DNA of 64,000 nucleotides from an uncultured bacterium (GTDB lineage Bacteria; Chlamydiota; Chlamydiia; Chlamydiales; VFKH01): NCBI GenBank assembly GCA_964596685.1, contig CAZQVA010000002.1, positions 12,947 to 76,946 of the forward strand, read 5' to 3'. Shown piece by piece: positions 55,276 to 64,000 of this stretch (position 1 is its first letter; each line of letters starts with the position of its first letter). The notes under the pieces were generated by a model. It saw only the letters and a program-made list of their open reading frames with translations, ran no database searches and was not told where the DNA came from. The position numbers and the translations under genes were made by a program.

Positions 55276-56214
55276 AGACCTCTTGAGTAATTAAATTTTT
55301 TGGCTATCCTTGTTGTTTTTTCAAGGACAAGAGCATGAGTAAATACGAAGAGCTGAAGCAATTACCAGAATAGTTTAGAAGATTGACCGGAGTCAAGCCA
55401 GAAACCTTTTCTGAAATGGTGGATATCTTAGTAAGAGTGCAAAATAGCAGATATAGAAAAGCCGGTCGAAAAGGAAAATTAACCATAGAGGACAAGCTAT
55501 TAATGGCTTTAGAATATCTGAGGGAATATCGTGCTTATTTTCATTTGGGTTGCAGCTATGGATTAAGTGAGAGTGCTTGTTATCGAGCTTGCAGATGGGT
55601 AGAGGATACCCTGATCAAGAGTCGTAAATTTTCACTTCCCGGTAGAAAATCCCTCCTAAAAAGTGACGTGGAGTATGAAGTCATACTTATAGATGCAGAA
55701 GAAACTCCTATAGAAAGTCCCAAAAAAAAGTCCGTGAGAAGAAAAGGATAAAGAACCGGAATAATAGACAAAAGCATTTTTACTCTGGGAAAAAGAAACG
55801 ACATACACTGAAGAGCCAAGTAGTCGTTGATAAAAGGACGAGAGAAGTGATATGTACGGCCTTTGGGAACGGCAAGAAACATGACTTTAGGTTATTCAAA
55901 GAGAGTAAAGTGCGATGGACGAAAAAAACGTGCGGAGTAACTGACAGTGAATATACAGGGATCAATAAGTTGCAAAAGAACTCAAGGCTGCCTAAAAAAT
56001 CAAGTAAGAAGAAGCCACTAACACGTGCAGAGAAAGAGCAAAACAGAAAAATTTCATCGGAGCGTATTGCAAATGAGAATGTGATTGGAAGCTTAAAGAG
56101 ATTAAAATAGTGAGCGACAGGTACAGAAACCGACGAAAGAGATTTGGGTTGCGCTTCAACCTAATTGCTGGAATCCACAATTTTGAACTCTCAGTTTAAT
56201 TACGCAAGAGGTCT
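55276..56214 (+). mobile_element. IS5-family insertion sequence (939 bp), apparently inactivated
   Basis: The 20-bp terminal inverted repeats are 55276-55295 (agacctcttgagtaattaaa) and 56195-56214 (reverse complement agacctcttgcgtaattaaa), matching at 19 of 20 positions. AAT flanks both ends, a possible 3-bp target duplication. The element encodes a DDE transposase split over three frames. Confidence 0.85.
55335..56199 (+). pseudogene. IS5-family DDE transposase gene carrying a nonsense codon and frameshifts
   Basis: ATG 55335 is followed by an in-frame TAG at 55371-55373 (MSKYEELKQLPE*FRRLTGV). An A8 run at 55722-55729 precedes a -1 frame change into ...YSGKKKRHTLKSQVVVD.... A second -1 change lies at the A-run at 56104-56107, before IVSDRYRNRRKRFGLRFNLIAGIHNFELSV. 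DDE-type landmarks are LIDAEE, TDSEYTGI and ANENVIG. Confidence 0.8.
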
Positions 56215-56416
56215 AATGCAGTAAAATTGCTAATAATACCCCCAAGGGTGGTTTTTTGATGGTTTGTATTGTGAAGTTGACTTTCAAGTCATTTTTCATG
56301 CAATAATCCATTGACTATTAGTTTGATAACGATTAAAGTGCACCGCGTGACCTCTGTAAATATTAGATGCACAATGGTGATACATTTTGAAATGATAATG
56401 GCAAGGAGTAGGACTT

Positions 56417-57298
56417 ATGTTGAAGCAATGTATTAGGAAAACTTTTGAGATGTTTGGCTACTCTTTAAATAAATCAAATGGTTCATTCGAAGCCAACCAA
56501 GACATTGGAAGGGATTATAAGGATGCTGATAATGTTTTGCCTAATTTTAAACTAAAAAAAGCAAGCTCCTCGTGTTGTTGTAGGGGGGGCACGTCAGCCG
56601 AATTTACCGAATTTTCTGTTTTTAATGGAGAAAGTCTATTAACGGAAGTTATTTATTATTCTCATTTAACCCTTTTAAAAATGTGTAAGCACTATTCGTT
56701 TAATACTGTATTGGACATCGGTAGTCATGAAAGGCGATGCACAAGGATTTTTGAGCATATTGGAAAAAACGTAACTACAGTTGAAATTGCACCTGGATAT
56801 GAAGCAGATTACCATGGTGATTATCTAAATCAAACATTTGAAGAGCCTTTTGATGCTATTTGGTGTAGTCAAACTTATGAGCATCAGAGAAATCCTGGAA
56901 TTTTTTTAGATAAGATTTTTGAAGATTTGAAAGAAGGAGGAGTCCTAGGTCTTACAGTTCCTTTTCAAATTGATAAAAATGTATGCTTTGGTCACATTAA
57001 TCTTACTTCACCTTTAATGTTAATTTACCATTTAGTATGTGCTGGATTTGATTGCTCTGGTATAGCTCTTAAAGTGTATAATGGCTTTATTGGGGTAATT
57101 TTAGAAAAAAAATACAATGGAATTGATAGGAAACGCCCTTCTGGGTCACTTCCCTTACAAGGGCAAATTGTTGACAATGCAAAAGAAATTATAGGTGATG
57201 AGATTTTTGACCGTTTACACGAGTCCTTTCCTTTCCTGGTAGCATATCCGACTGCTAACAATAAAATCACTTCAATCAATTGGGGCAATCCAATTTAG
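56417..57298 (+). CDS. Class I SAM-dependent methyltransferase
   Basis: The motif I-like VLDIGSHER and a post-I region are present, together with FDAIWCSQTYEHQRNP and LKEGGVLGLTVP. An AAGGAG ribosome-binding site lies 8 nt upstream. Confidence 0.65.
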   Translation: MLKQCIRKTFEMFGYSLNKSNGSFEANQDIGRDYKDADNVLPNFKLKKASSSCCCRGGTSAEFTEFSVFNGESLLTEVIYYSHLTLLKMCKHYSFNTVLDIGSHERRCTRIFEHIGKNVTTVEIAPGYEADYHGDYLNQTFEEPFDAIWCSQTYEHQRNPGIFLDKIFEDLKEGGVLGLTVPFQIDKNVCFGHINLTSPLMLIYHLVCAGFDCSGIALKVYNGFIGVILEKKYNGIDRKRPSGSLPLQGQIVDNAKEIIGDEIFDRLHESFPFLVAYPTANNKITSINWGNPI

Positions 57299-57526
57299 CT
57301 ATCAATCTGGGAGCGTTCCGAGGCAGCTAAGAGAGAGTTTGATTCGGCTACCTTGTGCAAGTTTGGTGGTCTCCTTTTTTTTCTGCGAGGCTATGATGGA
57401 GCGAAGCGACAAGCAAAGAATGGATACTCTCATAATAGGCCAATCCTAGACCACAACATGTCCTAGTGATACAACGCCTCTTCTTTAGGCGTGAGCTCAC
57501 GTTAAAGTATGAAATCTGGAGAAAAT

Positions 57527-58471
57527 ATGAATCGGAAAAGGATTTTGGTTACTGGTGGTGCGGGTTTTTTAGGCTCACACCTCTGTGAAAGATTACTGAC
57601 TTTAGGAAATGAAGTATTATGTTTAGATAACTTTTTTACTGGCTCAAAGGATAATATCCAGCACTTAATTCTGAATCCATTTTTTGAATTAATCAGACAT
57701 AACATTTGCGAACCGATTAAATTGGAAGTAGATGAGATTTATAATCTTGCATGCCCTGCCTCGCCTTTTCATTATCAACGATTTCCGGTGGAAACAGTTC
57801 GCACTAATGTTTTAGGTGCCGCAAATGTACTGGAGCTAGCGCGACATTTTAAAATTAAGATATTTCAAGCCTCAACTAGTGAAGTGTATGGTGATCCACT
57901 ACAGCATCCTCAGCAAGAAAGTTATTGGGGGAACGTGAATCCCATTGGAATACGTTCCTGTTATGATGAAGGAAAACGCTGTGCAGAAACTTTATTTTTT
58001 GATTATAGCCGTCAATTTCAGATCCCCATCAAAGTGGGGCGTATTTTCAATACATATGGCCCACACATGAACGTGAATGACGGTCGAGTTGTTTCCAATT
58101 TTATTATTCAAGCGTTAAAAGGAGAGAATATTACTATCTATGGAAATGGCCGGCAAACGCGTTCTTTTTGTTATGTTGATGACCTGATTGATGGGATCAT
58201 CCGCTTAATGGCAACTGATTCTGAGGTGGTCGGCCCCGTAAATATAGGTAATCCTACTGAGTTTTCAATGCTTGAGTTGGCAGAAGAAGTGATTTCATTA
58301 ACGCGTTCTTCTTCAAAAATTGTTTTTCAATCGTTGCCAGCTGACGATCCTAAACAACGTCAGCCAGATATTTCCTTAGCACAGACTTTATTTGGCTGGC
58401 AGCCAAAAGTACCTTTGAAGGAAGGATTGTTAAAAACGATTGAGTATTTCACTAAACGCTTGGACATATAA
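57527..58471 (+). CDS. uxs: UDP-glucuronate decarboxylase (UDP-xylose synthase)
   Basis: The protein is collinear with UXS/ArnA-C enzymes. Motifs are [42 protein letters not shown] (YxxxK), RIFNTYGP and [10 protein letters not shown]. The start was set at ATG 57527, with a GGAG upstream. Confidence 0.9.
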   Translation: MNRKRILVTGGAGFLGSHLCERLLTLGNEVLCLDNFFTGSKDNIQHLILNPFFELIRHNICEPIKLEVDEIYNLACPASPFHYQRFPVETVRTNVLGAANVLELARHFKIKIFQASTSEVYGDPLQHPQQESYWGNVNPIGIRSCYDEGKRCAETLFFDYSRQFQIPIKVGRIFNTYGPHMNVNDGRVVSNFIIQALKGENITIYGNGRQTRSFCYVDDLIDGIIRLMATDSEVVGPVNIGNPTEFSMLELAEEVISLTRSSSKIVFQSLPADDPKQRQPDISLAQTLFGWQPKVPLKEGLLKTIEYFTKRLDI

Positions 58472-58481
58472 AGACTTTGAT

Positions 58482-59513
58482 ATGAGTTATTTTACTGAAT
58501 TAAAACGTAAATGGTATAAATATCAAGATTTATCCCATTACTTTAAAAATTTACCCAAACCACCCAAGTGCACGTTACCAGCATGGATGGAGGATCAGAT
58601 AACTCAAGACATAACTACAGCATCGACTGTGCGTTATGGGGTGAAGTATCCATTCGCTTTCGTGATTTGTTGCATTAAAAACGGGAAGATTCGATTTCAT
58701 CACTCTTATAGCTTGAATAATGGATATCGAATTTTAGTGATCAAGCGGTTTTTTTTATACCTAGTAACACATTATACGCTTCCAAATTGCGAATTTGCAA
58801 TTCAGGTAGAAGGAGACTGTCTTGAGTTCACTCCAGCAGAACTTGGTGTGCCTGCATTAACATTTGCTAAGCAAAAGAGTTCCTGTGGTCCAATTTTAAT
58901 GCCTGATATCGAGATGTTAAAAGGGTATACTAAAATCGATAGAGAAGTTGAGATAGCATCTGCTAAATATCCATGGGAAAGCAAGCAGAACATGGGGATA
59001 TGGAGAGGGGCAACTACTGGAGGAGGGTATACGCCAACTACTGCACATAGGATCCCTAGAATGCAGTTAGTAAATGAATCATTACAAAACGGGACCCTTT
59101 TTGATGCGCGGTTTACGCAACGCACACAGTGTGCCGACGATTTCATGCTAGATGAGAAATATTTTGCAGATCCTATGTGTTTAGAGGATCATTTTCGATA
59201 TAAATACCTTATTGATGTTGATGGGAATAGTTGCACATATTCTCGGTTGTATTGGATTTTGCGATCCAATTCAGTATTGTTGAAGCATCAATCTGATAAT
59301 ATTCAATGGTATTATGGTGGGTTGCAGGATAAAGAAAATGCCTATTATTTCACATTGGGCAATGGGAGTACGTTAAGCAAGTTAATTCTTTGGTTGAGAG
59401 ATCATGATAAAGAGGCGCACAAAGTAGCAGAGAATGGACGTCATTTTTGTATTGAATATTTAAACATGACGTTTTGTGTGAATTATGTTCTTGAGATTAT
59501 CACTAGGCTATAA
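58482..59513 (+). CDS. GT90-family glycosyltransferase (CAP10 / POGLUT-like domain)
   Basis: The CAP10 core is readable and collinear with eukaryotic POGLUT/Cap10 proteins: WRGATTG, FRYKYLIDVDGNSCTYSRLYWILRSNSVLLKHQS, LWLRDHDKEAHKVAENGRHF. The start was set at ATG 58482. Confidence 0.85.
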   Translation: MSYFTELKRKWYKYQDLSHYFKNLPKPPKCTLPAWMEDQITQDITTASTVRYGVKYPFAFVICCIKNGKIRFHHSYSLNNGYRILVIKRFFLYLVTHYTLPNCEFAIQVEGDCLEFTPAELGVPALTFAKQKSSCGPILMPDIEMLKGYTKIDREVEIASAKYPWESKQNMGIWRGATTGGGYTPTTAHRIPRMQLVNESLQNGTLFDARFTQRTQCADDFMLDEKYFADPMCLEDHFRYKYLIDVDGNSCTYSRLYWILRSNSVLLKHQSDNIQWYYGGLQDKENAYYFTLGNGSTLSKLILWLRDHDKEAHKVAENGRHFCIEYLNMTFCVNYVLEIITRL

Positions 59514-60620
59514 ATGAATTATAAAGAATTTTGCGTTCTCATTCCGCAACCTATGACTGAAAAGGGACATCATTTTAGTTATAATCGCGCTGTGCAAAAG
59601 GCAATTGAATTATTGAAAGGTGATTTTAGAGCATTCGTATCGCAAAGTTGTGATGTTCCTGATCTGCCGTTAAAGTGGCAAAAAGTCTTTCCAAGACGTT
59701 ATGGATTGGGGGCTAGGTGGTGGAATGTACTTTTAAGGTTGCGTTGTTACTGTCAACTCTTTCATCAACAAAATGCATCAAGAACATTTTTTTTAGAGTG
59801 GTTTAACGCTTTAGAGTTGTCTCTTGCTGCAACAGCCGCGATAGTCTTTCTAAAAAAACCACATTCCTTTTGGATTGTTCATCGATTTACAATTGCAGGA
59901 TCTGAAACATATCGAAAAATAATCAGATTCTGGTGTTTTCTACTAAGAGTTCGGTTTGCGGATAAATTTCTTGAATTTACTGACAGCACGATTATTCAAA
60001 ATGAACTGCAAGAAAAATATAATAGAAAAATCACTTTACTTCCTATTCCTCACACCCGTATTCCAACTCAAATGATTAAAAAACCAATAAGGAACAAGCT
60101 TGAGTGTTGGTGGCCTGGTGAAGCACGAGTTGGCAAAGGGCTGATGGAAATACAGCAATTATTGCTTAGTACCCCCCCCATGGCTTGCGCTATGGAAATA
60201 GTTGCAAGCGAATTAGCGCCTTTTATCGCCGCCTCCGAATCTTCAATAACTTTGAAAACGATTCCTGCTGTTCTATCTAGAAATGCTTACGAATGTCAGT
60301 TATTTTCTTCAGATTGTATTTTGTTACCATACGATCCCTTGGGATATCGCGAAAACACATCTGGGATATTTGTGGAGGCTATTTGTGCTGAAAAAATGCC
60401 ATTTGTTAGAGGCGGTAGTTGGTTAGCAGCAGAATTAAAAGCGTATGACTTGGATGAATTAATTTTAGATTGGACCAGTCAGACACTTGCTCAAGACATA
60501 TATAACTTGTTTCAGAGACCAGATTTACATGCCAAATTGCGTAGCATGAGCCAGTATTATCAGTCGTTTCATTCGGTTGAACAGTTTGCAAAAATTATTC
60601 AACCGCTATTAATGACTTGA
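59514..60620 (+). CDS. Hypothetical protein, possible GT-B fold glycosyltransferase
   Basis: The 368-aa ORF starts 1 nt after the GT90 stop. The C-terminal motif NTSGIFVEAICAEKMPFV resembles the E-x7-E / EAxxxGxPVV region of GT4-type enzymes. The evidence is weak. Confidence 0.4.
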   Translation: MNYKEFCVLIPQPMTEKGHHFSYNRAVQKAIELLKGDFRAFVSQSCDVPDLPLKWQKVFPRRYGLGARWWNVLLRLRCYCQLFHQQNASRTFFLEWFNALELSLAATAAIVFLKKPHSFWIVHRFTIAGSETYRKIIRFWCFLLRVRFADKFLEFTDSTIIQNELQEKYNRKITLLPIPHTRIPTQMIKKPIRNKLECWWPGEARVGKGLMEIQQLLLSTPPMACAMEIVASELAPFIAASESSITLKTIPAVLSRNAYECQLFSSDCILLPYDPLGYRENTSGIFVEAICAEKMPFVRGGSWLAAELKAYDLDELILDWTSQTLAQDIYNLFQRPDLHAKLRSMSQYYQSFHSVEQFAKIIQPLLMT

Positions 60621-60792
60621 GGGCCCCTCGCCAAGGGTGCGCTGAGTTTAGTGATCTAAATTTTAGCTGCCGGAGTTAGATTTTGATTGCTTAAAATCGA
60701 ATCCTCGTGCATACGTTGAGCAGTTTAATAGATGACAGCTGGATGAAATTGGACATGTCAGCGCGTGTATATTGTATAAGAGAGATAAGATT

Positions 60793-61782
60793 ATGAGAGT
60801 TCTAGTTCCTGGTGGTGCCGGTTATGTAGGTTCCTGTTTGATTCCAAAATTACTTGATCAAGGACATGAAGTGGTAGTTCTCGATCTATATCTATATGGA
60901 AAGGATATTTTCAGGAATTATCACAAACATCCTGCTTTGACAGAAATCAAAGGTGACATCAGAGATCTCTCTGTCGTTAAAAAAGCACTGCAGGGGTGCG
61001 ATGCTGTCATTCACCTGGCTTGTATTTCAAATGATCCTAGTTTTGAGCTCAATCCGTCACTGGGACGTTCGATTAATTTAGATTGTTTTGAGCCCTTTGT
61101 TCAAGCGGCTATTGATGCTGGTGTTAAGCGATTCATTTATGCCTCCTCTTCATCTGTTTATGGCGTAAAAGAGGAAGCGAATGTTGTTGAAACAATGTCT
61201 CTGGAGCCTTTGACCGATTATTCGCGTTTTAAAGCTGATTGTGAAAAGATCTTACTGAAATACGCTGATAAAATGATCTGCACAGTTATTCGGCCTGCAA
61301 CAGTATGCGGTTATGCGCCCAGACAACGCTTGGACGTAGTTGTGAACATTCTTACCAATTTAGCGTATCATACTGGAAAGGTTAAAGTCATGGGTGGTGG
61401 CCAGATGCGTCCAAATATCCATATCGAGGATATGGCGCGTTGCTATTTACATGTATTAGCAGCTCCAGAGAATAAAATAAGATCCCAAATTTTCAATGCT
61501 GGATATCACAATCATACGGTCCTGGAGTTGGGGAAAATGGTGGCTAAGTGCGTGGGAACAGAACGCCCAGTGGAATTGATTGTTGAACCTACTAATGATA
61601 ACCGTTCATACCATGTTTCTTCTGAAAAAATTCAAAGAGAGTTGGGTTTTGTTCCGCTGTATTCTATCGAGGATGCTATTCAAGGATTAGTCGATGCATT
61701 TAATGCTAAAAAACTCCCTAATTCGATGGATGATCCCTCCTATTTTAATATTAAGACAATGAAGGCTGTGCATTTAGTATGA
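60793..61782 (+). CDS. Extended-SDR NAD-dependent sugar epimerase/dehydratase
   Basis: The Rossmann motif is VLVPGGAGYVGS. The catalytic residues are SSSSVYG...YSRFK (S...YxxxK). The start was set at ATG 60793. Confidence 0.8.
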   Translation: MRVLVPGGAGYVGSCLIPKLLDQGHEVVVLDLYLYGKDIFRNYHKHPALTEIKGDIRDLSVVKKALQGCDAVIHLACISNDPSFELNPSLGRSINLDCFEPFVQAAIDAGVKRFIYASSSSVYGVKEEANVVETMSLEPLTDYSRFKADCEKILLKYADKMICTVIRPATVCGYAPRQRLDVVVNILTNLAYHTGKVKVMGGGQMRPNIHIEDMARCYLHVLAAPENKIRSQIFNAGYHNHTVLELGKMVAKCVGTERPVELIVEPTNDNRSYHVSSEKIQRELGFVPLYSIEDAIQGLVDAFNAKKLPNSMDDPSYFNIKTMKAVHLV

Positions 61783-62765
61783 AGTGTTTAGTAACGGGTG
61801 GTGCAGGATTTATTGGTAGTCACTTGTGTGAAGAATTACTTAAGAAGGGGCATCGCGTTCATGCCATCGATAACTTGCGCGGTGGGCACCTTAAGAATCT
61901 TTCTAGCTTTAAAGAGAATCCCTTTTTCGAGTTTAAGCAAGTGGATATTCGCGATAGAGATGCTTTAAATGCCTATGTTCAACAAGGGTTTGATTGGGTT
62001 TTTCACCTAGCCGCGATGGCTGATATCGTCCCCTCTATTGAACAGCCCAAAGAATACTTTGAAGTGAATGTTGATGGGACCTTTAACGTCTTAGAGGCCG
62101 CTAAAAGTATAGGGGTAAAGAGATTTCTCTATGCAGCCTCTTCTTCCTGCTATGGGATACCTGATACGTATCCTACGGCAGAAAATGCTTCGATTAGGCC
62201 ACAGTATCCTTATGCATTAACAAAGTATCTAGGGGAAGAGCTCGTCATGCATTGGGCTCAAGTATATAAGCTTCCTGCAGTTTCTTTAAGGCTTTTTAAT
62301 GTTTTTGGGCCAAGAGCACGTACAACAGGTTCTTATGGAGCTGTCTTTGGGGTATTTATTGCTCAAAAGCTCAACAATAAGCCTTTAACAGTTGTTGGTG
62401 ATGGATCGCAAAGCCGGGATTTTACCTTTGTAAAAGATGTGGTTAATGCTTTTATTGCTGCTGCTGAATCGGATTGTGTCCAGGAAATTTTTAATGTAGG
62501 CAGTGGGGGGCATTACACAGTTAATCATCTTGTTGAATTATTGGGTGGTGAGAAGGTTTTTATTCCCAAACGTCCAGGAGAGCCAGACTGTACATTTGCT
62601 GATACACAAAAAATCACAACAACACTGAAGTGGACGCCTAAAGTAAGTTTTGAAGAGGGTGTCAAGCAATTGATGGAGCATCTTGACGACTTTAGAAATG
62701 CCCCTGTATGGGATCCTGAATCAATTAAGGAAGCAACAAAAAATTGGTTTAAATATTTATCTTAA
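61779..62765 (+). CDS. Extended-SDR NAD-dependent sugar epimerase/dehydratase (GalE-like)
   Basis: VTGGAGFIGSHL, SSSCYG and YALTKYLGE (YxxxK) are present. It overlaps the upstream gene by 4 nt. Confidence 0.8.
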   Translation: MKCLVTGGAGFIGSHLCEELLKKGHRVHAIDNLRGGHLKNLSSFKENPFFEFKQVDIRDRDALNAYVQQGFDWVFHLAAMADIVPSIEQPKEYFEVNVDGTFNVLEAAKSIGVKRFLYAASSSCYGIPDTYPTAENASIRPQYPYALTKYLGEELVMHWAQVYKLPAVSLRLFNVFGPRARTTGSYGAVFGVFIAQKLNNKPLTVVGDGSQSRDFTFVKDVVNAFIAAAESDCVQEIFNVGSGGHYTVNHLVELLGGEKVFIPKRPGEPDCTFADTQKITTTLKWTPKVSFEEGVKQLMEHLDDFRNAPVWDPESIKEATKNWFKYLS

Positions 62766-62783
62766 GCGATTGAGGCGATTGAA

Positions 62784-63356
62784 ATGTTTACACAGAGATT
62801 TAACGAGTTAGCCAAAGCATATAAAGAGCTGCAAAGCACACAGAAAGATGGATCTGCTATTACAGAGACAGCGGCATATAGTGCATGGCATCAAGCATTG
62901 GTCAATGTGAAGGAAAAGCGACGCTTTGTCTATGTAGTTGGTAATGGAGGGAGCGCAGGACTGGCATCCCACTTTCAGAACGATCTCATCAAAGCACTTA
63001 AGATCCCTGCGTACACCTTTTATGATTCTAATCTCATCACCTGTTTAGCAAATGATTATGGGTATGAACATGTCTTTAGTACGCCTCTTGAATTGATGGG
63101 GCATAAGGATGATGTGCTTATTGCAATCAGTAGTTCTGGTAAATCTCCCAATATTTTAAATGCGGTGCAAGCGGCAAAAAAACAGCAGATGACGATCATC
63201 ACCTTAAGTGGTTTTGCAGCAGATAACCCACTAAGAAGCACTGGAGATGTGAATTTTTATATTCCATCACACGAGTATGGATTGGTCGAAGGAGCACATT
63301 TTCTGATACTGCACACATTAGTTGATTATTTTTCCTCATTTCGAGACAGATCATGA
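62784..63356 (+). CDS. gmhA: SIS-domain phosphoheptose isomerase (GmhA-like)
   Basis: VVGNGGSAGLASHFQNDL and ISSSGKSPNILNAV are present. The size of 190 aa fits GmhA. Confidence 0.75.
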   Translation: MFTQRFNELAKAYKELQSTQKDGSAITETAAYSAWHQALVNVKEKRRFVYVVGNGGSAGLASHFQNDLIKALKIPAYTFYDSNLITCLANDYGYEHVFSTPLELMGHKDDVLIAISSSGKSPNILNAVQAAKKQQMTIITLSGFAADNPLRSTGDVNFYIPSHEYGLVEGAHFLILHTLVDYFSSFRDRS

Positions 63357-64000
63357 CAGAAAAAATTAAATCTTTTGAGCAATTACAGGCATTATTGAAT
63401 CAGCAACGTGCAGAGGGGAAGCGCATTGTGCAGTGTCATGGTGTTTTTGATCTCCTTCACCCAGGGCACATTCGTCATTTTAGAGCGGCTAAGCAAAAGG
63501 GTGATGTCCTCGTAGTCACCATTACTCCCGACCGCTTTGTTAATAAGGGCCCGGGGCGTCCTGTATTTACAGAAAAACTACGCCTAGAAACTTTAGCAGC
63601 ACTGCAACATATTGATTATGTTGTTTTGAATGACACACCAGATGCGGTCTATGCAATTGAAAAAGTGCGCCCTCATATCTATGCAAAAGGGCTAGAGTAC
63701 CAGTCGCATGAAAAGGATGTGACAGGAAAAATTGCAGAAGAGGTCAATGAAGTCGAGCGGCATGGTGGGCAAGTTTATTACACTGATGATATTGTCTTTA
63801 GTTCTTCTTCCCTCTTAAATCGTCATTTTGATCCTTTACCTCCTGAAACTGATGCTTATGTCAGTCACTTGAAGGGACGTTTTACAGCTGAGGACTTTTT
63901 AAATACGATTGAAAGCTTAAGGGATTTAAAGGTCCTGGTTGTCGGAGATGCAATTATTGACGAGTATCAGTATGTCGCTCCTTTGGGTCAGTCGGGCAAA
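63353..64000 (+). CDS. Bifunctional HldE/RfaE-like protein, partial, with domain order reversed (N-terminal nucleotidyltransferase, then PfkB kinase)
   Basis: This ORF is not in the ORF track because it runs off the window. The start forms an ATGA overlap with the gmhA stop. The cytidylyltransferase-type motif CHGVFDLLHPGHIRHF lies at the N-terminus. From about residue 195, LKVLVVGDAIIDEYQYV matches the start of PfkB/RfaE domain I. Confidence 0.7.
   Translation, partial: MTEKIKSFEQLQALLNQQRAEGKRIVQCHGVFDLLHPGHIRHFRAAKQKGDVLVVTITPDRFVNKGPGRPVFTEKLRLETLAALQHIDYVVLNDTPDAVYAIEKVRPHIYAKGLEYQSHEKDVTGKIAEEVNEVERHGGQVYYTDDIVFSSSSLLNRHFDPLPPETDAYVSHLKGRFTAEDFLNTIESLRDLKVLVVGDAIIDEYQYVAPLGQSGK

Noticed and set aside
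55383-56110. Track ORFs 55383-55751 and 55847-56110 as two independent genes
   Set aside because: They are consecutive fragments of one IS5-family transposase, joined by frame changes, and lie inside a single IR-bounded element.
1-64000. CRISPR arrays, rRNA genes, prophage or integrase genes, toxin-antitoxin pairs and recognisable defence systems
   Set aside because: I saw no regularly spaced direct repeats and no cas, integrase, restriction or abortive-infection-type motifs in any of the translated ORFs. Absence is based on inspection by eye only.

Overview
The window reads as chromosomal DNA from a member of the Chlamydiae, probably an environmental (amoeba-associated type) lineage rather than Chlamydiaceae. 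This is inferred only from gene content and synteny; no database search was possible. The evidence is the lpxC-fabZ-lpxA-fmt block, the accD-dut-ptsN-ptsN(HTH) block, a plant-type HX4D glycerol-3-phosphate acyltransferase, recBC plus recD2, partial type II secretion genes, and several proteins with Inc-like bilobed hydrophobic domains. About 60 genes are callable, most of them housekeeping. They include sufBC and sufDS (split), kbl, sodA, mnmG, mnmA, lnt, surE, rng and cca, plus tRNA-Thr(TGT) and tRNA-Tyr(GTA). Five things are not ordinary. (1) There are at least three dispersed repeat families. One is a 163-bp MITE-like unit with perfect 25-bp terminal inverted repeats. Its arms also form the last codons (THST-stop) of three unrelated genes and run through the 5' end of lnt. 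(2) A eukaryotic-type USP (peptidase C19) deubiquitinase carries an Inc-like bilobed membrane anchor and is translationally coupled to the plant-like acyltransferase. (3) A surface-glycan region sits next to a decayed IS5-family element. It encodes a methyltransferase, UDP-xylose synthase, a eukaryote-like GT90/CAP10 glycosyltransferase, two SDR epimerases, gmhA and a domain-swapped hldE-like gene. A waaL-like O-antigen ligase and a GT2 lie just downstream of the tRNA pair. This is unexpected for a phylum whose best-studied members make a heptose-free Kdo-only LOS. (4) There is a GGEEF diguanylate cyclase, a 29-aa bS22-like micro-ORF missed by the ORF track, and an EEP-fold candidate effector. 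(5) No CRISPR array, rRNA, prophage or recognisable defence system was seen. All functional calls rest on motifs I can read in the translations. Start codons were adjusted where ATGA/GTGA overlaps or better N-termini were visible.
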